Translations under genes and position numbers: made by a program
Part shown: piece by piece, positions 21,901 to 30,730 of the stretch
Position numbering within the stretch: position 1 is the stretch's first letter
How the letters are laid out: each line of letters starts with the position of its first letter
DNA from: a bacterium
GTDB lineage: Bacteria; BMS3Abin14
Direction of reading: 5' to 3'
Length of the DNA stretch: 64,000 nucleotides
NCBI GenBank assembly: GCA_020350725.1
Contig: CP070719.1
Location: 1,515,404-1,579,403, forward strand
The notes under the pieces: model-generated
The model's input: the letters and a program-made list of their open reading frames with translations, nothing else
The model's database searches: none
Told to the model about the DNA's origin: nothing

Positions 21901-22407
21901 GCGGAAGGGCAGGAAGTCCGTGTGGCGGGCATCAAACAGAGTGTCAAGGAGATCAGCACGAAAAAAGGCGACAGGATGGCCTTTCTGACCCTTGAGGACC
22001 TCCACGGGAATGCGGAATTGGTGATCTTCTCGGATGTCTTCAAGGAGTCCACGGCTATCCTGGCCTCCGATCAGCCTATACTCGTCAAGGGTGTGGTGGA
22101 CTCCAACGGGGAAAAGCCCAAGATCAAGGTCCAGGAGATCGACCTCTTGGAGGAATACAGGAAAAAGGTGACCGAGGTCGTCCAGATCAATCTGTCCACC
22201 CTGGGCCTGTCAAGGGATGATCTCGATGTTCTGAGATCGATCCTGTTAAGGCACAGGGGTGACTGCCGGGTAAAGATAAGGCTGACCATCCCGACCAAAT
22301 CGGAAACGATCATCAGGGTGGGCGATGACCTCAGGGTGGACACATCGGAGGAGATGGTCAACGAAGTGGAGGGAAGGTTTGGGCACGGTTCAGTGACCTT
22401 CGCCTAG
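18931..22407 (+). CDS. dnaE: DNA polymerase III alpha subunit
   Basis: HLHVHTSYSLLDG PHP domain, GPGRGSAAGS, PDIDIDF, KFDFLGL, YGFNKSH, C-terminal OB fold. Confidence 0.98.
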   Translation: MKHVDFVHLHVHTSYSLLDGACRVRELTDLAAKMRFPALAVTDHGAMFGVIDFYQSALRSGIKPIIGQEFYVAPGSRTERQPDGYGEVAYHVVLLARDLAGYQNLLKLSSESFQSGFYYKPRIDREILEQNHEGLIALSACLKGEVARRFLKGNEGEAVEAAAWYRDVFQDSYYLEIQHNGLEEQARANAGLAKIGTDLGVPLVATNDVHYLRRDDQRMHDVLLCIQTGKTVNDEDRMRMDAQELYLKSAEEMASHFREFPEALTNTLEVAERCNLEIPLGKTHLPHFPVPDDMTPQACLVREVREGFERRMESILSALAEDEREMVHTKYKTRLAKELETITEMGFAGYFLIVWDFIRYARDQGIPVGPGRGSAAGSLASYSLGITDINPIEYGLLFERFLNPERISLPDIDIDFCMDRRDEVLKYVSGKYGEDRVAQIITFGTMAARGAIRDVGRALDMNYAEVDRIAKMVPDIIGITLSKALEQEPQLREMMKKDKRVAELIELAQKIEGLQRHASTHAAGVVISDRPLNEYVPLFKGSKGEEVLTQYAMGDLEKVGLVKFDFLGLRTLTLLDNALTLANRRLEREGRPAISQEGLPLDDRTTYELLSRGDTDGVFQLESSGMKDLLVKMKPGSFEELIALVALYRPGPLGSGMVTDFINRKQGRQEITYDLPQLKGILEETYGVIVYQEQVIQIASEIAGYSLGEADLLRRAMGKKKPEEMERQLERFMDGAKKRDIPQAKAKKIFDTVVYFAGYGFNKSHSAAYALISYRTAYLKAHFPEEFMAALLTSEMDNSDKVTGHIGVCKEMGIKPLPPDINESEIPFSVVEGGIRFGLGAVKNVGLAALDEILRQRESEGAPFHSLEDFCARVDLRKVNRRVIESLIKSGAFDGFGGHRAQNLAALDGAIERGQKVQKDRANGQISMFDSAMEADPSHLLPEVEPWSEHLRLSYEKDSLGFYISGHPLDKYRADLDRYITTDLGKLGELAEGQEVRVAGIKQSVKEISTKKGDRMAFLTLEDLHGNAELVIFSDVFKESTAILASDQPILVKGVVDSNGEKPKIKVQEIDLLEEYRKKVTEVVQINLSTLGLSRDDLDVLRSILLRHRGDCRVKIRLTIPTKSETIIRVGDDLRVDTSEEMVNEVEGRFGHGSVTFA

Positions 22408-22575
22408 AGGACCGGTCCGGGTGGCAGGATACGGGTTTCAAGTTTCGGGCCTCAAGTGGTAAACTACAGTTTTATCGGTAGCTGAAAACGAGGTACCGGT
22501 AACAGGGTCCTGATCCAGCCCGGGGCATGGAACCTGGAGCCCGGAACTATATCATTTATATGAGGATCTTTTTCC

Positions 22576-23538
22576 ATGGTCGAATACTACCTTGATTTCG
22601 AAAAACCCGTTTACGAGCTGGAGCGGCGGATATCGGAGCTGAAACACATGGAGACGGAGGAGTCGGGTGTCGACCTGACGGACGATATCCAGAGGCTCGA
22701 GAAGAAGCTGGAAAAAATGCGCCACGAGGTATATTCCAAGCTGGGAAGATGGCAGAGGACCCTCATCGCCCGTCACCCGATGAGGCCCTATACGCTGGAT
22801 TTCATCGACCTGCTCGCCGATCGCTTCGTCGAGCTGCACGGGGACCGGTCCTACGCGGACGACAAATCCATCGTCGCTGGAGTGGGGACCTTCATGGGCG
22901 AGCCGCTGATGATCATCGGTCATCAGAAGGGGAGGAATACAAAGGAGAAGCTCATGAGGAACTTCGGGATGTCACATCCCGAAGGATACCGGAAAGCCCT
23001 CCGGCTGATGAAGCTGGCACAACAGTTTCACATCCCAATACTCACCCTCGTCGACACGCCCGGCGCCTTTCCGGGCATCGAGGCTGAGGAAAGGGGACAG
23101 GCTGAGGCCATAGCCCGGAATCTCATCGAGATGGCCGACCTGACCATCCCCATAGTGACGGTGATAACCGGCGAGGGCGGCAGCGGAGGAGCACTGGCTC
23201 TGGCGGTGGCCAACAGGGTTCTCATGATGGAGAACAGCATCTATTCCGTTATCTCGCCCGAGGGTTGCGCGGCCATCCTGTGGAAGAGCCAGGATTACGC
23301 CAAGGACGCCGCTGAGGCGATGAAGGTCACGGCCTCGGACAGCCTCGAGCTGGGGATTATCGACGAGATCGTCCCGGAACCCCTTGGCGGAGCCCATCGC
23401 GACTATCCCGCAGCTGCGGCAGCCATCGGCCAGGCCGTAAAGAGACATCTGGAAGAGCTGGGGAAACTGACTCCCGAGGAACTGGTCGAGGACAGGTGGC
23501 GCCGCTTCAGGAAGATAGGGGTTTTCCAGGGTCCCTGA
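22576..23538 (+). CDS. accA: Acetyl-CoA carboxylase carboxyltransferase alpha
   Basis: LDFEKP, RNFGMSHPEGYRKA, GEGGSGGAL, SVISPEGCA. Confidence 0.97.
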   Translation: MVEYYLDFEKPVYELERRISELKHMETEESGVDLTDDIQRLEKKLEKMRHEVYSKLGRWQRTLIARHPMRPYTLDFIDLLADRFVELHGDRSYADDKSIVAGVGTFMGEPLMIIGHQKGRNTKEKLMRNFGMSHPEGYRKALRLMKLAQQFHIPILTLVDTPGAFPGIEAEERGQAEAIARNLIEMADLTIPIVTVITGEGGSGGALALAVANRVLMMENSIYSVISPEGCAAILWKSQDYAKDAAEAMKVTASDSLELGIIDEIVPEPLGGAHRDYPAAAAAIGQAVKRHLEELGKLTPEELVEDRWRRFRKIGVFQGP

Positions 23539-23539
23539 T

Positions 23540-24376
23540 ATGGAGGCCGAACCGACAGTCGCCTACCTCGGGCCCGTTGCGACGTTCACCCATCAGGCGG
23601 CCAGGAAAGCCTTTGGCGACGGTGCCCGATATGTCCCGGCCGAAACCATCGAGGGCGTCTTCAATATGGTCAAGCTCGGCTTGGCCCAGAGGGGAGTCGT
23701 CCCGGTAGAGAATTCCAATGAGGGCGCCGTGACCTCCACCATGGATCTCCTGGTTGAGTCCTCGCTGGTGATCGTGGGTGAAGTCATCCTGCCCATAAGT
23801 CTCATGCTGTTATCCAGGGAACGGGTCACCGCCGGGATCAGGACCGTATACTCCCATCCCCAGGCTCTGGCGCAGTGCCGGAAATGGCTGACGAACAATC
23901 TTCCCGGGGCCGAACTCGTCGGGACAAGGAGCACAGCGGAAGCCGCAGCCCTCTGTCAGGCGGAGGGTGGGGCGGCTGCCGTCGCGGGGGAGATGGCCGG
24001 TGAACTCTATAATCTGCCGGTTTTGGAAAGAGACATCGGAGACTGGGAGGAGAATCTAACTCGCTTTCTCATCTTCTCTGAGGAATCGGTTCCCCCCTCC
24101 GGAAGCGATAAAACATCCCTCGTTTTCTCCATCAAGGATCGGGTGGGGGCGCTGTATGAGATGCTCAAGCCCTTCAGTGAAAACAGCATTAACCTCACCA
24201 GGATCGAATCGAGGCCGTCCAAGAAAAAGGCCTGGGACTATCTGTTCTTTGTCGATTTCGATGGGCACAGGGACGACAGGAGAGTGGAGGAAACCCTGGC
24301 GAAGCTCAGCGACCTGTGCATGTTCGTGAAGGTTCTGGGGTCGTATCCAAAAGGTACCGTTGAAAATAGCGGATGA
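23540..24376 (+). CDS. pheA: Prephenate dehydratase (monofunctional, PDT + ACT)
   Basis: AYLGP, PVENS, SHPQALAQC, TRF, NLTRIESRP, LGSYP. Confidence 0.93.
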   Translation: MEAEPTVAYLGPVATFTHQAARKAFGDGARYVPAETIEGVFNMVKLGLAQRGVVPVENSNEGAVTSTMDLLVESSLVIVGEVILPISLMLLSRERVTAGIRTVYSHPQALAQCRKWLTNNLPGAELVGTRSTAEAAALCQAEGGAAAVAGEMAGELYNLPVLERDIGDWEENLTRFLIFSEESVPPSGSDKTSLVFSIKDRVGALYEMLKPFSENSINLTRIESRPSKKKAWDYLFFVDFDGHRDDRRVEETLAKLSDLCMFVKVLGSYPKGTVENSG

Positions 24377-24492
24377 TTTCAGCGCTCCCAGTGTCTGGGG
24401 CAAGGGGCAAATTACCAAGAGCCGAATCCTTAGCTCTTATACACCTGGAACTTACCACTCAGTACTTTGATCTGAAAGATTAGAGGATATCC

Positions 24493-25599
24493 ATGCCACA
24501 GAAAATATTCAAACCCGCGCACAGCTCCGTCGAGGACCTTGTTCCGTATCAGACGGGTAAGCCCATCGAGGAGGTGGCCCGGGAAAAGGGTCTGTCGAAG
24601 ATCGTCAAGTTGGCCTCCAACGAGAACCCTCTGGGCATGTCGGATCGAGCGCTCGAGGCCATGAGGAGGGCAGCTGCCGATGTGAACCGGTACCCGGACG
24701 GCGGCACCTACGTCCTGAAGAAACTCGTCGCGGACAGGCACGGTGTACCGGATGGAAATATCGTTCTGGGCAACGGGTCCAACGAGATCCTGGAACTGCT
24801 GACTCAACTTCTTCTAGGCAACGGCGATGAGACGCTGTATGCCTGGCCCGCATTCATCGTCTATCGTTTGGCGACCCTTGCCCACGGTTCGAGGGGGGTG
24901 GAGGTTCCCCTGGATAAGGAGCTGCGCCACGACCTGGGGGCAATGCGTGATGCGATAACCTCCCGAACCAGGATCGTCTTCATAGCCAACCCCAACAATC
25001 CGACCGGTACCTACGTGAACGGCACCCAGCTTGAGGATTTCATAGCCGCCCTGCCGCCCCACGTTCTCCTGGTCCTCGACGAGGCCTACTTTGAATACGC
25101 TGCAGGTCTGGACGGCTTTCCCGACGGCGTGGAGCTGTTCAAGGAAGGACGGCCAATTGTCGTAACGAGGACCTTCTCGAAGGCATTCGGTCTGGCCGGG
25201 CTCAGGGTCGGATACGCGGTGATGCCCGAACCCCTCGTCCAGCTGATAAACCGCATCAGACAGCCTTTTAACGTCAACAGCGTCGCTCAGGCCGCCGCCG
25301 CCGCGGCCCTCGAGGATGAAGAGTTCATCCAGCGCGCCGTTCAATTGAACCGGGCGGAGATGGACCGCCTGAGCAGGGCACTGGAGGACATCGGCCTGAT
25401 GACGACACCTTCGGCGGCCAACTTCCTCCTTATCCACCTCGCCGGAAGGGACGGTGGGGAGGTCTACAACGGGCTCCTCGACAGGGGTGTTATCGTAAGG
25501 CCCATGGCGGGGTACGGATTGCCGCAGACGATCAGGGTGACGATAGGCCTGCCCGAGGAGAACGATATCTTTTTTAAGGCGTTAATGGAAATATTATGA
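24493..25599 (+). CDS. hisC: Histidinol-phosphate/aromatic aminotransferase
   Basis: KLASNENP, GNGSNE, NPNNPTG, DEAY, RTFSKAFGLAGLRVGY. Confidence 0.93.
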   Translation: MPQKIFKPAHSSVEDLVPYQTGKPIEEVAREKGLSKIVKLASNENPLGMSDRALEAMRRAAADVNRYPDGGTYVLKKLVADRHGVPDGNIVLGNGSNEILELLTQLLLGNGDETLYAWPAFIVYRLATLAHGSRGVEVPLDKELRHDLGAMRDAITSRTRIVFIANPNNPTGTYVNGTQLEDFIAALPPHVLLVLDEAYFEYAAGLDGFPDGVELFKEGRPIVVTRTFSKAFGLAGLRVGYAVMPEPLVQLINRIRQPFNVNSVAQAAAAAALEDEEFIQRAVQLNRAEMDRLSRALEDIGLMTTPSAANFLLIHLAGRDGGEVYNGLLDRGVIVRPMAGYGLPQTIRVTIGLPEENDIFFKALMEIL

Positions 25600-25806
25600 G
25601 GAAACGCGGAAATTCGATCATCAGAGCATGGGAAATTAGAAAATCGGACAGTTCATATTCCGAAGCCCATGTTCCAATCCTCCGGTTTCTATTTTCTGAT
25701 ATCTACTTTCCCAACAGGCAGCGTTGATCCTCCCGTTTTCAACAGAGACCTGATGATTCAATACATGAAACGGTAACTGCAGTAAGGAAAATATGAGGAC
25801 AATTCC

Positions 25807-26820
25807 ATGATCATCGTACTGAAACCGGGATCGACACAGTCCGATATCGACTATGTCTCCGAAAAACTGCACGAGAAGGGCCTGAAGGTACACGTCTCCA
25901 AGGGAGAGGAAAGGACCATCATCGGCGCCATAGGCGACGAGAGGATCCTGAGGGAGGCCTCTCTTGCCGCCTACCCTGCCGTCGAGAAGATACTGCCTAT
26001 CCTGAAACCCTTCAAGCTGGCCAGCCGCGATTTTCAGAGGGAAAACTCCAGGGTACAGATCGGTGACCTGACCATCGGTGATGACGAAGTGAGGATCATG
26101 GCCGGACCGTGCAGCGTCGAGACCCGCGAGGGACTCCTCCAGGTCGCGCGCGCCGTTAAAGCGGCCGGCGGGACCTTTCTCAGAGGCGGAGCATTCAAAC
26201 CGAGATCGTCTCCCTATGCTTTCCAGGGCCTTGGCGAGGAGGGCCTCAAGTACCTCGCCGAGGCGAGGGAGGAAACCGGGCTGTACGTGATCACGGAGCT
26301 CATGGATCCCAGGGACACGGAATTGGTGTACCGTTACGCCGACATCATCCAGATCGGAGCGCGGAACATGTCCAACTTCACCCTGCTCAAGGAGGTCGGC
26401 AGGGTTGACAAGCCCGTCCTGTTGAAACGGGGCCTGTCCGCTACCGTTAAGGAGCTTCTTATGTCTGCGGAGTACATCCTGCACGAGGGAAACAGGAAGG
26501 TCATCCTCTGTGAGAGGGGAGTCAGGACCTTCGAGACGGAAACCCGAAACACATTGGACCTCTCCGCGGTCCCCCTGGTCAAGGATATGAGCCACCTGCC
26601 GATCGTAGTGGATCCCAGCCACGGAGTCGGTCGGTCGGACCTCGTCTCCCCGATGTGCCTTGCCGCCGTCGCGGCCGGGGCCGACGGGCTCCTGATCGAG
26701 ATCCACGAGAATCCCGAGGAGGCCCTGTGCGACGGGCCTCAGTCCCTTCGCCTGTCCGAGTTTGCAGAGCTCATGGTGAGGGTAAAATCCCTCATTGAGG
26801 CTTTGGGAAGGAAACTTTGA
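25807..26820 (+). CDS. aroF: DAHP synthase, class I-beta, with N-terminal regulatory domain
   Basis: AGPCSVE, RGGAFKPRSSPY, QIGARNM, LCERG, DPSH. Confidence 0.93.
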   Translation: MIIVLKPGSTQSDIDYVSEKLHEKGLKVHVSKGEERTIIGAIGDERILREASLAAYPAVEKILPILKPFKLASRDFQRENSRVQIGDLTIGDDEVRIMAGPCSVETREGLLQVARAVKAAGGTFLRGGAFKPRSSPYAFQGLGEEGLKYLAEAREETGLYVITELMDPRDTELVYRYADIIQIGARNMSNFTLLKEVGRVDKPVLLKRGLSATVKELLMSAEYILHEGNRKVILCERGVRTFETETRNTLDLSAVPLVKDMSHLPIVVDPSHGVGRSDLVSPMCLAAVAAGADGLLIEIHENPEEALCDGPQSLRLSEFAELMVRVKSLIEALGRKL

Positions 26821-27677
26821 AGGATACCGCGTCAGCCCCGCTTTTCGACACCGTATGTGTGGTTGGACTGGGCCTCATAGGGGGATCCCTCGCCCTGGAT
26901 ATGCGAGAGCGAGGCCTTGCCAGGTCGGTGGTGGGCCGCGACGCCGACGAGGGCTTCCTGGCCACCGCGGTGGAGCGGGGGATCATTGACAGAGGCCTTT
27001 CCCCATCCACCGCTGGCATGGGTGGCTGCGATCTCGTTGTGCTGGCTGTACCCGTTCTGACCATCATCGAGATGCTGGAGGAGGGATTCGAGCCGGGGAC
27101 GCTGGTCACCGACGTAGGAAGTGTCAAGGGACCGCTCGTTGAGGCATTCCGCCGCTGCCGGGAAAGGGGCGGCGAATACCGTTACGTCCCCGGACATCCC
27201 ATCGCCGGAGACGAGAAATCCGGTCCCACAGCGGCCAGGACGGGGCTCTTCGAAGGGGCCAGGGTCATCCTCACACCCGTAGAGCGCGGCGACGATGAGG
27301 AAAAAATATCTTCCCTCTGGACCGGCGTGGGTTCCCACGTCGACTTCATGGACCCACTGGAACATGATGCCATCTTCGCCTGGGTAAGCCATCTCCCCCA
27401 TTTGGCCGCATACAGCATCGTCCATGCGGTTCTTGACAAGGATCCCGGCTGGATCTCCCTGTCAGGAGGGGGACTGAAGGATTACACCCGGGTGGCGGCC
27501 AGCAGCCCCAGGATGTGGGCCGACATCGCCTTGGCCAACAGGGAATTCCTCCTGGAGGCGCTAAGGGGATACAGGCACAGCGTCGACCGGATTTACGAGG
27601 CAATAGCTTCTTCGGACAGAGATGGCCTCGAGGACCTTTTTGCCGGCATCGCGTCGGTGCGCAGGGGGATGAGGTGA
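26817..27677 (+). CDS. tyrA: Prephenate/arogenate dehydrogenase
   Basis: GLGLIGGS, DVGSVK, HPIAG, HD…SHLPH. Confidence 0.92.
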   Translation: MKDTASAPLFDTVCVVGLGLIGGSLALDMRERGLARSVVGRDADEGFLATAVERGIIDRGLSPSTAGMGGCDLVVLAVPVLTIIEMLEEGFEPGTLVTDVGSVKGPLVEAFRRCRERGGEYRYVPGHPIAGDEKSGPTAARTGLFEGARVILTPVERGDDEEKISSLWTGVGSHVDFMDPLEHDAIFAWVSHLPHLAAYSIVHAVLDKDPGWISLSGGGLKDYTRVAASSPRMWADIALANREFLLEALRGYRHSVDRIYEAIASSDRDGLEDLFAGIASVRRGMR

Positions 27678-28978
27678 ACTGGAGAATTACCCCGGCGGGT
27701 CCTCTTCATGGCCGGATTGAGGTTCCCGGGGACAAGTCCATTACCCACAGGGCATATATTTTCGGTGCCGTCGGGGAGGGACCCACCGTCGTCACCGGGC
27801 CTCTGAGGGCCGAGGACACGGACAATACCCTCCGGGCCGTGGTTCACCTGGGCGTCCAGGTCGAGGATCTGGGGGAAAAGGTGATCATCAACGGAACCGG
27901 GCCCTCCGGCCTCCGCGAACCCGGGGATGTCCTCGACCTGGGAAATTCAGGCACTGCGGTCAGACTGCTGGCCGGTCTATTGGCGGGCTGCCCCTTCATG
28001 TCCATTCTTACCGGCGACGCCTCCCTGCGCAGGCGACCCATGGCCCGAATAGCTGATCCATTGAGGTCCATGGGCGCCCTGGTCGACGGAAGGGAGAATG
28101 GGAACCTCCTGCCCCTCACGATCAGAGGAGGAGGTCTCACCGGGATCGAATACCATTCCTCTGTGGCCAGCGCCCAGGTCAAGTCGTGCGTTCTCCTGGC
28201 CGGCCTGCAGGCATCCGGCAGAACCGTCTTCAGGGAACCCTCCCTGAGCCGGGATCACACCGAGAGGATATTGCGCAGAATGGGTGTCAGGCTGGTCGAG
28301 GGCGGCGAGGGACTTTCCCTCGAGGGGGGGCAGGTCCCCAGAGGTTGCGGAATAGACGTTCCGGGGGACATCTCCTCAGCGGCCTTCTTCATGGTTGCTG
28401 CCAGCACGGTCAGGGAATCGGACGTCGCGATCGGCAACGTCGGGGTCAATCCCACGAGAACAGGGATCGTTCGCCTCCTCGAATCCATGGCGGCGGATAT
28501 CGAGGTCCGGGAGAGAACGGACGATCATGAGCCCGTCGCCGACATCCGCGTCAGGGGGTCGAGGGCCTTACAGGGCATCGAGGTGCCGCCGGAATGGATC
28601 CCCTCCATTATCGACGAACTGCCTCTTGCCGCCGTCGCAGCCGCCGCCGCGGAGGGAACGACGGTCATCAGGGGGGCCGCTGAGCTCAGGGTCAAGGAGT
28701 CTGACAGGATCAGGACCACCGTTCAGATGCTCAGAGGGGCCGGAATAACCATCGAGGAGCTCGATGACGGTTTCATCGTCCATGGCGGAGCCAGGGTCCG
28801 TGCGGCCTGTTTCGACAGCGGGGGTGACCACCGTATCGCCATGGCCTCTGCGATCCTCTCCCTCATGGCTGGTTCTCCCAGTGAGGTGACCGATACGTCC
28901 TGCGTCTCGACCTCATTCAGAGAGTTCCCGGAGACGTTGAACGCCCTTGCCCCCGGGTCGGTGACCGAACACTCCTGA
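27674..28978 (+). CDS. aroA: EPSP synthase
   Basis: PGDKSITHR, GNSGT, SAQVKS, RDHTE, RVKESDR, DHRIAM; GTG start overlapping the tyrA stop. Confidence 0.95.
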   Translation: MNWRITPAGPLHGRIEVPGDKSITHRAYIFGAVGEGPTVVTGPLRAEDTDNTLRAVVHLGVQVEDLGEKVIINGTGPSGLREPGDVLDLGNSGTAVRLLAGLLAGCPFMSILTGDASLRRRPMARIADPLRSMGALVDGRENGNLLPLTIRGGGLTGIEYHSSVASAQVKSCVLLAGLQASGRTVFREPSLSRDHTERILRRMGVRLVEGGEGLSLEGGQVPRGCGIDVPGDISSAAFFMVAASTVRESDVAIGNVGVNPTRTGIVRLLESMAADIEVRERTDDHEPVADIRVRGSRALQGIEVPPEWIPSIIDELPLAAVAAAAAEGTTVIRGAAELRVKESDRIRTTVQMLRGAGITIEELDDGFIVHGGARVRAACFDSGGDHRIAMASAILSLMAGSPSEVTDTSCVSTSFREFPETLNALAPGSVTEHS

Positions 28979-28985
28979 GGTCTTC

Positions 28986-29669
28986 ATGAAGCAGATCGTC
29001 GCTATCGATGGACCTTCGGGTGCGGGCAAGAGCACCCTGGCAAGGGAACTGGCAAAGCGGCTCGGTTACCAGCACCTTGACACAGGGGCCATGTACAGGG
29101 CTGTGGCAGTGGCCGCCAGGCGCGCCGGAGTGGGTTTGGACGATAGCCGGGGCCTGAACCGGCTCTGCAAAAACATCGAGATCAGATTCGAACACTCATC
29201 CGGTGGGAACAGGGTCCTGCTGAACGGGGAGGACGTCTCCCGGATTATCAGGACCCCTGAGATGAGCAGCGCCTCCTCGGCGGTTTCGGCCGTAAGCGAG
29301 GTAAGGTTGCATATGGTGCGTCTGCAGAGAAAACTGGGCCGGGGCGGAGGTGTTGTCGCCGAGGGAAGGGATATCGGGACGGTCGTCTTTCCCGATACCA
29401 GGGCCAAATTCTACCTCGACGCATCCGTTGAGGAACGGGCAAGGAGACGCTGGCTCGAGCTGAAGAAGAAGGGCATGGCGGAACCCTTTGACAGGGTCCT
29501 TGCCGACATCGAGAAAAGGGACCGGGATGATTCCACCCGGGTCGATTCACCCCTCAGGAGAGCCGAAGACGCTATTTACGTCGATTCGACCTCCATGGGC
29601 CCGGAGGAGGTCCTGAATCTGATATGCCGGGTGGTTAAGGATCTGGAAGGCGGCGATGAGAACAATTAA
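28986..29669 (+). CDS. cmk: Cytidylate kinase
   Basis: AIDGPSGAGKST, DTGAMYR, EGRDIGT. Confidence 0.96.
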   Translation: MKQIVAIDGPSGAGKSTLARELAKRLGYQHLDTGAMYRAVAVAARRAGVGLDDSRGLNRLCKNIEIRFEHSSGGNRVLLNGEDVSRIIRTPEMSSASSAVSAVSEVRLHMVRLQRKLGRGGGVVAEGRDIGTVVFPDTRAKFYLDASVEERARRRWLELKKKGMAEPFDRVLADIEKRDRDDSTRVDSPLRRAEDAIYVDSTSMGPEEVLNLICRVVKDLEGGDENN

Positions 29670-30495
29670 GGTCGCGTCGACGGGCGGATTCTGCTTTGGT
29701 GTCGAGCGGGCCGTCAAGCTGGCGGTATCGGCGCTCAGGGACGGGCCGGGCCCCGTGCACACTTTGGGTCCCATTATCCACAATCCACAGGAGGTTCGGC
29801 GTCTCGAGTCGATGGGCCTTAAGATGGCCGGCAAAGTCGAGGACGTATCTGTCGGCACCGTCATCATCAGATCCCACGGCGCCCCTAAGGAGGTCGTCCA
29901 GGACCTTAAGGCGGGGAGCCTGCAGGTGGTGGATGCCACCTGTCCGTTCGTCAACAGGCTGCGGGACAGGGTGATCTCCCTGGGTGAGGAAGGCTATCAG
30001 GTGATCATCGTGGGGCAGTCCGACCACCCTGAAGTCATGTCCATCCTGAGCTACGCTCCGGACGGCAGCCTGGTGGTGCAGAGCGTGGAAGAGCTTGCCG
30101 AGAAAGGCAGCCTCCGATCCAGGGTAGGGGTCGTGGCCCAGACGACCCATTCCATTGAAAACCTCCAGCGGGTGGCCGCCTACTGCGTCGGCGTCTGCTC
30201 CGAAGTCAAGGCGTACCGGACTACCTGCCAGGCTACCCAGACGCGTATGCAGGAGGCCCTTGCCCTGGCCAGAGAGGTCGATGTCATGATCGTGGTGGGC
30301 GGACGAAACAGCGCCAACACGACGAGACTGACGGAGGCGGCAGGTCGAGAGGGAACGCCCACCTACCACATCGAGAGCGCCGCTGAGATAGAGGCCCTCA
30401 GCCTGCCGGTTGATGCCGTCATCGGCGTTACCGCGGGTGCCTCGACTCCCTCCTGGGTGATTGAGGAGGTCGTCCAAACCCTCCAGGCGCAGTAA
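29656..30495 (+). CDS. ispH: 4-hydroxy-3-methylbut-2-enyl diphosphate reductase
   Basis: GFCFGVERA, IIHN, DATCPFV, QTT, SANT, TAGASTP. Confidence 0.95.
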   Translation: MRTIKVASTGGFCFGVERAVKLAVSALRDGPGPVHTLGPIIHNPQEVRRLESMGLKMAGKVEDVSVGTVIIRSHGAPKEVVQDLKAGSLQVVDATCPFVNRLRDRVISLGEEGYQVIIVGQSDHPEVMSILSYAPDGSLVVQSVEELAEKGSLRSRVGVVAQTTHSIENLQRVAAYCVGVCSEVKAYRTTCQATQTRMQEALALAREVDVMIVVGGRNSANTTRLTEAAGREGTPTYHIESAAEIEALSLPVDAVIGVTAGASTPSWVIEEVVQTLQAQ

Positions 30496-30656
30496 ATTCC
30501 AGTCTCATCGGACCATGCTTCACCCCCGTCGAGGAGGTATGACCACCCGAAGGGGACGCCCGCCATCGTCCGCCGGACGGGGTCGGAGGCGGCCGTTCCG
30601 GAAAGCGGGTTCGGTCAGAAGGCCCTAAATTATTGGATTTTCGGTGGGGGTACCGA

Positions 30657-30685
30657 TTGACATGCCACCGCAAATATAGGATAAT
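30657..30685 (+). promoter_or_regulatory. Putative sigma70 promoter for rpsA
   Basis: TTGACA-17 bp-GATAAT. Confidence 0.55.
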
Positions 30686-30730
30686 CCGCCACCGTTCGAC
30701 CAAGAAACTGCTAAGGAGGAATGCCGAAGA

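Noticed and set aside
18931-22407. Intein or split in dnaE
   Set aside because: The length (1158 aa) and continuous motifs fit an uninterrupted DnaE.
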